From assembly GCF_009914755.1 (NCBI RefSeq), contig NC_060929.1: 64,000 nucleotides of DNA; one strand, 5' to 3'. Position numbers and translations under genes: made by a program. The DNA comes from the human T2T-CHM13v2.0 reference genome, Homo sapiens. Below the pieces are notes generated by a model, which saw only the letters and a program-made list of their open reading frames with translations, was not told where the DNA came from and did not search any database. This document shows, piece after piece, positions 46,333 to 64,000 of the stretch (positions are counted from its first letter, which is position 1; each line of letters starts with the position of its first letter).

Positions 46333-48545
46333 TTTATTTTTTTTTTGTAGTATTTATTGATCATTCTTGGGTGTTTCTCAGAGAGGGGGATGTGGCAGGG
46401 TCATAGGATAATAGTGGAGAGAAGGTCAGCAGATAAACACGAGAACAAAGGTCTCTGGTTTTCCTAGGCAGAGGTCCCTGCGGCCTTCCGCAGTGTTTGT
46501 GTCCCTGGGTACTTGAGATTAGGGAGTGGTGATGACTCTTAACGAGCATGCTGCCTTCAAGCATCTGTTTAACAAAGCACATCTTGCACTGCCCTTAATC
46601 CATTTAACCCTGAGTTGACACAGCACATATTTCAGAGAGCAGGGGGGTGGGGGTAAGGTTATAGATTAACAGCATCCCAAGGCAGAAGAATTTTTCTTAG
46701 TACAGAACAAAATGGAGTCTCCTATGTCTACTTCTTTCTACACAGACACGGTAACAATCTGATCTCTCTTTCTTTTCCCCACATTTCCCGCTTTTGTTTT
46801 CGACAAAACCGCCATCGTCATCATGGGCCATTCTCGATGGTCGCTGTCTCTTCGGAGCTGTTGGGTACACTTCCCAGACGGGGCAGCCTGGCAGAGGCGC
46901 TCCTCACTTCCCAGATGGGGCTGCCAGGCAGAGGCGCTCCTCACCTCCCAGACGGGGTGGTGGCCTGGCAGAGGTGCTCCTCATATCCCAGACAAACAGC
47001 GGCCGGGCAGAGGCGCCCCCCACTTCCCAGACGGGGCAGCTGGGCAGAGGCGCTCCTCACATCCCAGATGGGGCAGCCGGGCAGAGGCGCTCCTCACCTC
47101 CCAGGCATGGTGGTGGGGCAGAGACACTCCTCACCTCCCAGACGATGGGCGGCCAGGCAGAGGCGCTCCCCACATCCCAGACAGGGTGGCTGGGCAGAGG
47201 CGCTCGTCACCTCCCAGATGATGGGCGGCCTGGCAGAGGCACTCCTCACTTCTCAGGTGGGGTGGCGGGGCAAAGACGCTCCTCACCTCCCAGACGATGG
47301 GCAGCTGGGCAGAGGCGCTCCCCACATCCCAGACGGGGTGGCCAGGCAGAGGCGCTCCTCACCTCCCAGACAGGGCAGCCGGGCAGAGGCACTCCCCACC
47401 TCCCAGATGAAGGGTGGCTGGGCAGAGGCACTCCTCACTTCCCAGGCGGGGCGGCTGGGCAGAGGTGCTCCCCACCTCCCAAAGAGCGGCCGGGCAGAGG
47501 CGCTCCTCACTTCCCATTCAGGGCAACCAGGCAGAGGCGCTCCTCACTGCCTCCCAGAGGGGCGGCCGGGCAGAGGCTCTCCTCACTTCCCAGACGGGGC
47601 GGCCAGGCACAGGCGCTCCTCACATCCCAGACGATGGGTGGTCAGGCAGAGATGTTCCTCACTTCCTAGACAGGGTGGCGGCAGGGCAGAGGCGCTCCTT
47701 GCTTCCCAGATGGGGGCGGCCAGGCAGAGGCGCTCCTCACTTCCCATTTGGGGCAGCCGGGCAGAGGCACTCCTCACTTCCTCCCAGATAGGGCAGCCGG
47801 GAAGAGGCACTCTTCACTTCCCAGAGGGGGCGGCCAGGCAGAGGCACTCCTCACTTCCCATTCGGGGCAGCTGGGCAGAGGCGCTCCTCACTTCCTCCCA
47901 GACGGGGCGGCCGGGCAGAGGCGCTCCTCACATCCCAGACGATGAGCGGCCAGGCAGAGACGCTCCTCACTTCTTAGACGGGGTGGCGGCCGGGCAGAGG
48001 CGCTCCTCACCTCCCAGACGGGGAGGCCAGGCAGAGGGGCTCCTCACATCCCAGACGATGGGCGGCCAGGCAGAGACGCTGCTCACTTCCTAGACGGGGT
48101 GGCGGGTGGTTAGAGGCTGTAATCTTAGCACTTTGGGAGGCCAAGGCAGGTGGCTGGGAGGTGGAGGTGGTAGCAAGCCGAGATCACGCCACTGCACTCC
48201 AGCCTGGGCAACATTGAGCATTGAGTGAGTGAGACTCCGTCTGCAATCCCAGCACCTCAGGAGGCCGAGGCGGGCAGATCACCCGAGGCCAGGAGCTGGA
48301 GACCAGCCCGGTCAACATGGCGAATCCCCGTCTCCACCAAAAATACAAAAACCAGTCACGAGTGGCGGCGCGTGCCTGGAATCCCAGGCACTCGGCAGGC
48401 CGAGGCAGGAGAATCACTGGAGCCCAAGGCAGGGAGGTTGCAGCGAGCCCAGATCATGGCAGTACAGTCCAGTCTCCACAAGAGAGGGAGACTGTAGAAA
48501 GAGGGAGATGGAGAGTGGGGGGGGGGGGGGAGGGGGAGGGGGAGC
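46333..48545 (-). mobile_element. Full-length SVA_A-like retrotransposon inserted into a MIR
   Basis: Poly-A, SINE-R (~46350-46850), VNTR (~46870-48100), Alu-like domain and short degenerate CCCTCC head; 16-bp TSD tataataataattctt (46317-46332, 48546-48561). Confidence 0.96.
46870..48100. repeat. SVA VNTR (~37-45-bp GC-rich units)
   Basis: Repeated ggcagaggcgctcctcacttcccagacgggg units. Confidence 0.95.
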
Positions 48546-49118
48546 TATAATAATAATTCTTACATCACAGTTATCATCAAGATATAAAAAAATTATTACT
48601 CTGTTACTTTACTTTTTCTTCTGAGGTTTTATGATACATCTTTCATTTCAAAGTTGTTTTAATGCAATGTTACAGGATTATTAAAAGGAAAGTATTTCAT
48701 TGGGTATAAAGAATATAATGAGAAAAAGAAACATATGGGATTTGTGTATAAGACCACGAGCCTAATGAATCTCAGAAAATAGTAACTTTTAAAATTAATA
48801 AATGTTTTCCTCCCTCAAAGTGTTTATCTCATATTATGTTTCTATTTTCATTATCTTTTCATTGATTATTTCCTAAATTCAAAATTTAGATTGTGGAAGC
48901 TAGGACTGAAATTCTTGGCAGGAAAACTGCCAGATTTGATTTCTGAGTATGCGTCTAATTAGGACAATTGACAATTTGTGTACTAGCTTGGGAATAATTT
49001 TTTCTTAATTCATACACTGAGAAATTCTAAAGTTACAAAGGGTAAAAACCTACTCCTGTGATATTATGAGGAATTATCTAAGAACTGGAGACCATTTCTC
49101 TTTATAAAAGGGTAAGGA

Positions 49119-49742
<624 letters not shown>

Positions 49743-50432
49743 AAAAGGGTAAGGATACGTGTTCACACCTATGCAAGTCCTGGCATGGTAAATAAGCATG
49801 TAGCTCTGGGGTCGGATCACGTGGATTGGAACACCTATCTATGTCTTTGCTTACAGAAAAGCAAGCTTCTTAAACTTTCCACTCCTCAATTGATTTTCTC
49901 TTGTAAACAAGAACCATCATAATATCTACCTTGTAGATTTTATGTGGGAAGAAAATGATAAACAGCACATGTAAAAAGCTTCATGCATGCTCCTGAGAAG
50001 CCGGCTATTAAATGCACTTGCTGACTTCTGCCTAAAAGGATTGACCTAGGTTTGCCTTTGTCTGATACGTACCTATGATCTGTGAGAATGAGACAACAAA
50101 TAAATGAGCAATCTAAGCCCCAATCATTCATGAGGCTATAAAACATAAAGTACACAGAGAGCAAAATTTTTTCTTGTGTATCCTTATCTTATCCCTGATG
50201 TTCCAGAAAATCATTTGAGCTATGTAAGTTAAATTGATAACCATTCTATGGCTTCCAAGCTAATGAAAGTGCCAAGAAGCTGCCCCCTCCTGGCTTTGAG
50301 TGTTAGACTGCAGAGTACTTCCAATACTATGTGTTCCATCCACCTTATTTCCTGAACAGGAAAATCAATTCCTTAAAATCTTGTATTACTTTTTATCTTT
50401 GTTCTATCACCCACCAACTCCTTTTACTACAG

Positions 50433-50572
50433 GCAAAAACAAGGAACACAATAAGGAAATAATGGAAAGAGTCGAACAAGAATTAAATTCATTTTGGTTC
50501 AATCCAAATAGTGCTGAAGTGCTCGATATGAATGCTGTGTTCCAACCCAGTATCTCCTCTTGAGGGATGAAA
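50433..50572 (+). pseudogene. Candidate exon with one in-frame TGA
   Basis: ctccttttactacAG acceptor and AAA|GTaatt donor; reads KNKEHNKEIMERVEQELNSFWFNPNSAEVLDMNAVFQPSISS*GMK. Confidence 0.5.
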
Positions 50573-50979
50573 GTAATTCTCTCTCAAGGAGCTTCTGAGA
50601 GTTAAGAACAACCAACAACCACAAAAATGATTTCCTGTGAATTCATCTGTAATAAAACATCTAAAGGGAAAGCTCTCTACTTGAGAGTCTTTCCAGTCAG
50701 TTATAGCACAAGGTATAAAGGGTGACTTTGACAGAACCAATTATTGTGGTATGCTAAAAGCAACATAAATTGACAAAGTCTATGAATTCTCTGTCTCAAC
50801 TCACCATGCACAGGGTGAGTGCTTTCCTGCCAAGACATAATGTTCTATTACTCAAGGGAAGAAAAATTGAGATCAGAAATTAAATTTTGCAGCATTAAAC
50901 ATAACCTTGGCTAGTATTTATAGACCTAGCATAGTGCCCAGAGGAAGCTTATTATTATTTGTTTTTTATTTTCCAACAT

Positions 50980-51090
50980 GGTGGAGCCAATTTGCCCTGG
51001 TTTGCCTGGGACTTTCTAGGATTTAGCACTGAAAATCCCCAAGTCCCAAAAACTCTTGAGTCCTGGTTAAACCAAGATAATTGGCAATCG
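50980..51090. mobile_element. MER94-like DNA transposon relic
   Basis: ccctggtttgcctgggactttctaggatttagcactgaaaatccc. Confidence 0.65.
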
Positions 51091-51833
51091 TATTTCTCAA
51101 ATCAAGTTAGTCCTATTTCTTGGTATAACTACATAGTAATTTTCAGGGTTCCAAAAACTCCTTCACCAAGAAAAGCACCTTTATCAGCATGAAATACAGC
51201 ATTTGAGAAGAGATAAGTAAAATTATATTCATAAAATGATTGAAAATCCTCCCTATGGCTTATTGGGTAGGCATAGTTGTTCATACATCACATGACAACA
51301 GCAAGACAGTCCCAGACCTCTTCCCCCTTACTTCAGAGAAAGGGGTTGGAATGCAAACCACTTCAATACATCCCAATAATTGCTGTCATGGCAGAAGCTA
51401 TGAGCATTATAGGAGGACATAGTGGAATATAACTGGAAGGGTTGGGAAAAACTTCCCATGGGAGTGATAGCAAAACTGAAATCTTAAAACAAAGAAATAC
51501 ATTCTTAGTGTAGTGGTAGAAGTCACTAAACAAAGCCATATGCTGAGAGGGACAGCTGGGCAAGCTGGGCAGGTGTTTTTTTGTTTTTGTTTTTGTTTTT
51601 TTGTATCGTGCAACTTAAAACAGCAGACATTGCTGAGGTAAGGAGGCGCTCCAGAGTGGCAGGAGGAGAGACAACGAGAAAGAGACCAATGAATGCACCA
51701 GAAGGGGTATAGTTGGTTCCTCCAGAACAAACTTTACCCTTTTATCACATTTGTCTTGATTTCCTCTAGAAAAAATCTAGTCGCCTGAGCCATTTCCCCT
51801 TAAGCTTAAAGTACCCACAAGCCCTACCATTTA

Positions 51834-52944
51834 CAAGGGATCTTCAAAAAGTTTATGGAAAATAAGTGTTATGAAAAAACTATGAATAGACTTCAACATT
51901 TTTTTGCACCAAGCCAAACTCATACTAACTTGTTTAACATGTTTGAACAAGGTCTAGTTCGAGGCACTAAGAAGGATAAGACATTAATTTTTTTAAAGCC
52001 CCTATAGAAGCAACATGAATTCTGCTAAAATTGAAGCAAGAACAAACATTAAATTTTTGGTAAAGCTTGAGTGGAAGAATGGTGAAATCACTGTGGCATT
52101 ATGAAAAATTTATGGAGACAATGTCCCAAAGAAACCAGCAGTTTACAAATGGATAACTCTTTTTAAGAAGGAAAAAGACAGTGTTGAAGATAAGGCACAA
52201 GACGATGTTGGAGATGAACAGCAGACCATTCGCATCAGTTGGCAAGAAAAAAATTAATCTTATTTGTGCCCTAATTGAAGGAGATCAACGATTAACAACA
52301 GAAACAATAGCCAACACCATAGACATCTCACTTGGCTAAAATTGACATCTCAATGGCTATCTCTTGGTAGCCATTGGACCAGTCAAGAGCAAAGATCATG
52401 GCAAAAGTGAACCAAGAGCAGAGGTCATGGCAACAGGTTTTGGGGATGCTCAAGGCATTTTGTTGTTGACTTTCTGGAGGGCCAAAGAACAATAACAACT
52501 GCTTATTATGAGATGTTTTGAGAAAGATAGCCAAAACTTTAGCAGAAGAACACCTGGAAACGCTTCACCAAATAGTCCTTCTCCATTACAACAATGCTCC
52601 TACTCATTCTCTCATCTAACAAGGCAATTTTGTAAGAGTCTGAATGTGAAATCATTAGGCATTCACATTGCAGTCCTAATATGATCTCCTGACTACTTTG
52701 TATCTCGTAATCTTAAAAAAAGCTTTAAAAGCCACCCATTTTAGTTAATAATGTAAAAATGATTGCATTAACATGGTTAGATTTCCAGGAACGTTAGTTC
52801 TTAAGGGATGAACTAAATGGCTGGTATCATAGCTTACAAAAGTTTATTGAATTTGATGAAGTTTATGTTGATAAATGAATTTTATATTTTTTATTTTTAT
52901 CTCTTAATCCCATATTTCCGTGGACGTTTTGAAGTCTTCTCTCA
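51834..52944 (+). mobile_element. HSMAR2 mariner with internal deletion; transposase pseudogene from ATG 52015
   Basis: TA flanks; TIR-like ends caagggatcttcaaaaagtttatggaaaat and tttccgtggacgttttgaagtc; MNSAKIEARTNIKFLVKLEWKNGEI...AVYKW with stops. Confidence 0.92.
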
Positions 52945-53789
52945 TACGTCTATTAAACTCAATCCACCCTTCAATGCTCCTCTGGGTATCTCCGTTTTCA
53001 ACAAAGCTTCCTCTGTCTTTGTTAATTATTCCTGGCCTTCATCTTCCTGCGCCTCCAAACTCCTCACTATGTGTGTCACATATTTATGAGTTTCATCACA
53101 TTTGATTTCCAGTATTTTAAAACTATTATTCATTAGGCCAACAATATTTTTTGAGCATTTACTATGTGCTAGGCACTATTCCAGGTACCGCTAAAAAGTA
53201 GCAAACAAGTCACAAATGATCCCTGGTCTCCTGGAGCATATAGTGCTTTAAAAAGAAAGAAAAAAGAAACAAAAAACAGAAACAAGAGTATAACCAGTTA
53301 AAGGTACAGACCATGTCTATATAGACATCAGTTGTATCCTCTACAGTGTCAAAAAAAAAATAGCTGTGGTACATATTAGGCAGTTAATAAATATTTGTTG
53401 ACAATTAATTTAAATGCTTAGTAGTGGAATTATTCATATTAGGAAATAAAAGCAGTGTAAGAGGAATGGTATTAAATATAGAGGTTATTCAAGGGTTCCA
53501 TTAAAATGTGATGATAACGTAACTATCCCTCACTGGGTAGTCCTGGTGATGATATGGATATGGAAGTTAAAGGTGGGGGTGGTGGGGGATGGAATTGGTT
53601 TGGAAAATACTTGTTATGATGAATATATATACATATTTTCTCTTTACCAAACTCAGTAGGGTAGTGAACACATATTATTCAAAGAGAACAAGATCTGGTT
53701 TTACATTCTGTTTTACCTCGGTGACCTCCTGAAGCTATTTTCTTTGACTCTCAACTTGCTCATCTTTAAAATGGGGGGATACAGGGTAA

Positions 53790-54180
53790 ATATGCTGATG
53801 TCTCCTGGCTTGCCTCCTTCTCCTTTCTCCACACAGCTCTGTCTTAGGAGGCTGAGTGCCTGGACTGCATCAACAGGCTCCAAGGCTCTGGATTCTGATC
53901 AGGTTCAGCCAGTGGGGAGCTAGCAGGAGACAGAGGGTGGGAGTGTTGTTAATTTCCTTCTACTGTAGACTCCATTTTCAACAGTCTTTTCAGTAGATTC
54001 TGTTTTTCATGGCCTTGACCCTTCTGTCTAGAACTTCTCACTAGTTCTCTGCTGCTTATATTCCCAGGGTACTCTACTCGCCCTCTGTGTTTCCACTAAC
54101 GCTGCTCATGGTAAATAGTCTCTTTATTAAATTCTCTACAAATTACCCAGTTTGACCATGCCCTCTTTTCCTGTTAATAC
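53790..54180 (+). mobile_element. LTR33-like ERVL LTR inside a MIR
   Basis: gactgcatcaacaggctcc...ggttcagccagtggggagc...ctttattaaattctct. Confidence 0.65.
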
Positions 54181-54827
54181 AGAAGGCAATCATAATTACT
54201 TCTTGCTAGTGTAAACATTAATTTAAACCATATGAAGTGTCTAGCACAGCCCCTAGTATAAAGTAAGTCTTAGATAAACACGACTTTCACACTCTCCTTC
54301 TCCTTCTACTCTGGCCTTCTTAAAGACATGATATTCCTCTATGGTACTAGGGAATTTGTGTTTAGTGTGACTTTTAAGAGCTTAATAAGCTTCTATGTGA
54401 AAAGGCTTTTGTTACTATAAAGGAAAACTATTTTTTATGTAGGGTTCATTACCCAATAAATCAAGAAAATGCATGTTCCAAAAGTCTTGGCAATATAAAG
54501 AAAAGTGTACTTCAACTATAATTGTTTGAACTAGAATTAAATGTGTGTTTTATAATGATATGCTATCCTTCTCTAAGAGACACATATATACTCAGACTAT
54601 AAACAAGCTAAAAGAACAGATAGAAAAAAAATAAGTTGTGAGTGGTCATATTTATTTGACATAGATAATGCCTTTGTGGACAAAATATTGCTTACAAAAA
54701 TTTGTTTTGAGAATGACTAATAATTCTACCTCATGTTTCTTATAAGTTTTGTGCCAAGAAGATTAAATGAAAATGTACTGTGACAGAATGGCTATTGAGA
54801 AATGACCGAGTCTTTTTTTTTCTGTAG

Positions 54828-54959
54828 GGGGGTCATGGAAGAATGAAAGATATTCTCTTTTTGCAGTAATGATGACCAGGCTTCGGATCCTTCTGTCCAG
54901 GAAGACTCACCTTCCTGATGTAGTTAACAGCCAGAAAGAGAAGCAATCCACTGTGAATG
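54828..54959 (+). pseudogene. Candidate exon, 132 bp, phase 1-1, open frame
   Basis: Strong tcttttttttttctgtAG acceptor and ATG|GTatgc donor; reads GSWKNERYSLFAVMMTRLRILLSRKTHLPDVVNSQKEKQSTVN. Confidence 0.5.
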
Positions 54960-55213
54960 GTATGCTGGAGGGAATTTCCCATATATATCTTTGCTACTAA
55001 AGGTTTAGGTCCACGTAAATAATTAACCTGTATTTCTCAAGGAGAAAATTAATCAGCAGATGTACTGTGATTAAAGAGGTCCCCTATGAGGTTGATAAAA
55101 CCCCTGAAACCAGGAAGGTGGTGAGATTTATGGTTTTCAGAACAGCAGAGGCAGGGGCTCATCAGAATGCAGTCTCTGAAGTGGCAGAGCCTCCATGGGG
55201 ATGCCTGCCTGGG

Positions 55214-55739
55214 TGTGGTAGGTTGCAACAATGGCCACATTCTCCATACCTTCCTGTATCCAAGTTTTTTTGGAATGTGATTTTGAAGCTTCTTCCATCA
55301 AGAATTGAAGTCTATTGTTCCATCTTTTGAATCTGACCTGAGTTATGACTTCTTTGGGCCAAAATAATGCAGCAGAAATTATGCTATGCTGGTTCTGAAT
55401 CTAGGCTCTAAGAGGCCTTGTATGTCTCTTATTTTTCCCATGTAACCCTACAAAGCTACCATGTATGCAACCTGAGATACCCTGCTGGAAGATCAGAGAC
55501 ATGTATAACTGTTTCTGTCCTATTCCCTAGCCAACAGCCAGACAATCTGCAAGAAGCAGAGCTGTTTCGCTGACTTCTAGCTGACTACAGATGCATACAT
55601 GACACAAATCAAGGCAGAAAGAGCTGTTCAGCAAAGCCCAGGCCCAATTTTCAACCCACAGAATCATGAACCAAAAATGTGGTTGTTTAAATCATTAAGT
55701 TTTGAGGTTGCTTGCTGCACAGCAAAGCTAACTGATACA
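55214..55739 (+). mobile_element. MLT1 (E/F-like) MaLR LTR
   Basis: tgtggtaggttgc...taagttttgaggttgcttgctgcacagcaaagctaactgataca. Confidence 0.8.
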
Positions 55740-56117
55740 CTATGTGCCTGTGGTCTTGGGACTTCAATCAGGATCTCTGTGGCTTAGCTTTGCATGAGGA
55801 GACTGGAGCTACCTGCATGCAAATGAGCCATGTTGACCTGAAAAGAGCCATATTAACAACCATCAAAGATGAGAGAGATGCCTGGCATCTACCATTTTCC
55901 CATTCAGCCTATGCTTCAGGGTTCTTGTGCCATCTAAGGAGAAAGAAGAGACAAACTCCTATGTTACTTCTGCCACATCAGTTGATACAGGATTTTATGA
56001 CCATCTTAACATGTGGATAGTAGGGTTAAATTTAATTTTAATTATAAAAATAATGAAACTTTGGTTCTATAGCTGAATTAATTTGTTGACATTTTTTAAT
56101 AATAAAATTTAAAATAT

Positions 56118-62269
<6,152 letters not shown>

Positions 62270-63226
62270 TAAAATATTTTCCAACACCTTACTTGAAGAA
62301 GAAAGTATAATCAATTATCCTTAGATCTTATATCCTGTTTCTCAACCAGCAAAGGAGAGATAACTATCAGATTGCATATCTTTCTGAATGAGGTATTTGA
62401 CTTATAATTTAATGTTTGGTAATTTTAATGATTTCTTAGTAAAAGTATGGTCAAATTATGAGACAGCAAATAAGTGTTCATGTCCAAAGTAGTGATTATT
62501 GAAATGTCATGTATTTACAAAGAAGTCTGGACTGGAAGTCACATGAACTGTATGTTAGTTCTGTCTCTGTTTGTAATTAGTGTGATGCTATGTGAGTCAT
62601 TACTCATCTTTGGGTCTTTATTTCTTTATCTGCAAATTAAGAAAGAAGAACAAAATGATATTTAGGTTCCTTTGAAGATCTTCTAGTCAATGTCTCTCAT
62701 TCTACATTTATAATTAGATGATCTTTTTAAACATATTTAGGGGTACAATATACTTTCCCAGAGAATATCATTGATCTGATTACTCTTTCCTATAACTCCT
62801 TAAAGCATTTACTGGTAAGAGTGGACAAGCAGTTAATCAGGCACTGTTCTGCCACTCATGTTTTTTATTATTGTTATGTTACCTATTTATCTATCTGGTC
62901 TCCAGAATTAGTTTGTAGTCCCCTTAAGGATGAAGATGGTGTCTTGTCTTTTTGACCCTCCTCATTTGAAATTATAATAGATAACCCTAACTATAATGAA
63001 AATAGTTGATACACTTAAAATTTGATTATATTAATAAATTGCAATATACTCTCAAAATAGTTGTCTTTTTCCAATATTTGTAACAGCACTGGATGACTCT
63101 TGGGCTTTAGGCAGGTTATTTCACTTTTCTGGGATCTAATTTTGTACTCAGAAAATGGAAGAATTGAGCTACATTATCTGTAAGATCCCTTCTTAGTGTA
63201 CTAGTCTTTTTAAAATGCTATGGAAG

Positions 63227-63340
63227 GGCCACGTGAGGTGGCTCATGCCTGTAATCCTGGCACTTTGGGAGGCTGAGGAGGGAGGATCACTTGTGGCCAG
63301 GAGTTTGAGACCAGCGTGGCCAAAGTAGTGAAAACCCGTT
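63227..63340 (+). mobile_element. Alu left monomer (FLAM or truncated AluJ), followed by an MLT1 fragment to ~63590
   Basis: ggctcatgcctgtaatcctggcactttgggagg...gagtttgagaccagc; then tcctgctagctggaatgtggatgtaag. Confidence 0.75.
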
Positions 63341-63735
63341 TGTAACAGAATTTGTGACTTTCAACTGGGCACATGTCCAATCAGAATAAAGATGACATTT
63401 TTCAGCCTCCTTTGTAAAAGGTATGGTCATAAGATTAAGTTCTAGGAACTGGAATATAAGAGCTGTGGTGTACATAAAGTGATGAAGAAATGCCCTTCAC
63501 CTTTCGTCCTTCCTGCTAGCTGGAATGTGGATGTAAGAGTTGGAGCTCAAGCAGCCATTTAATGACCTTAGGAATGAAATTCATGGATGGTGGCCTGATT
63601 TCAAGCAAAGCTACAGTGCTCCTGCTCTGATTTTAGCTAGTCATCTTCAGTCCACTTTTCTTGGTTTATCTGACTCCTGACTAGATTTTTTTTCCTCTTT
63701 GCACACCTTAAATTCTCAACTAAGACACTATGAAC

Positions 63736-63829
63736 AGGACAAAATTAAGTTCCCCCCAATGTTTTTTAAAAACTCCAGCTTTAGGACAAAATTAAGTTCC
63801 CCCCAATGTTTTTTAAAAACTCCAGCTTT
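63736..63829. repeat. Perfect 47-bp tandem duplication
   Basis: aggacaaaattaagttccccccaatgttttttaaaaactccagcttt at 63736 and 63783. Confidence 0.96.
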
Positions 63830-64000
63830 AAACTAAACTTTCATGGGTTCTTCCACAAATAAAAGACATACTAAAAAATCCGAAGATATATATAATTTTA
63901 GTGAAATGTTGAGAAGGGATAAACTTCTCAAAGAACAGTAATTTTGCAAGATAAATATTTATAAGGTTTAAATATGTTCTATATCAGACTGAATTCTGAG

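Noticed and set aside
46794-48093. Long ORFs of 291 and 418 aa
   Set aside because: They lie in the GC-rich SVA VNTR, which lacks stop codons; the translations are repetitive and not a gene.
46870-48100. CRISPR-like appearance of regularly repeated ~40-bp units
   Set aside because: No unique spacers or cas genes; this is the SVA VNTR in eukaryotic DNA.
46333-48545. Gibbon LAVA element
   Set aside because: The 3' part is SINE-R, not the AluSz/L1ME5 module of LAVA.

Overview
This is AT-rich mammalian genomic DNA. The L1PA2-type L1 lacking the 129-bp 5'UTR segment and the SVA point to a hominine ape (human, chimpanzee or gorilla); that assignment is inferred. Transposable elements dominate: one old L1PA11-13-like element cut by the left edge, three full-length L1PA2/3/4-type elements, a full-length SVA_A-like element, Alus, MaLR/ERV LTRs, an HSMAR2 mariner, MADE1, MER104, MIR and L2. 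No intact host protein-coding gene is evident, and almost all long ORFs are L1 fragments or artefacts of the SVA VNTR. Features not explained by simple repeat annotation: (1) a chain of AG...GT-bounded, + strand, exon-like segments between the repeats, some with single in-frame stops, whose translations resemble VWA3-type VWA and DUF4537 (Tudor-like) motifs, suggesting a decayed multi-exon (unitary) pseudogene; (2) a full-length L1 whose target-site duplication encloses a ~255-bp 3' transduction carrying half of an MLT1 LTR; (3) a patchwork of non-consensus variants shared among the three neighbouring full-length L1s, suggesting non-allelic gene conversion; (4) an AluJ containing a DNA-level inverted copy of its own right arm and TSD, forming a long hairpin; (5) a ~70-bp locally templated insertion. 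Repeat subfamily names and protein motif comparisons are from memory and need RepeatMasker/HMM confirmation.
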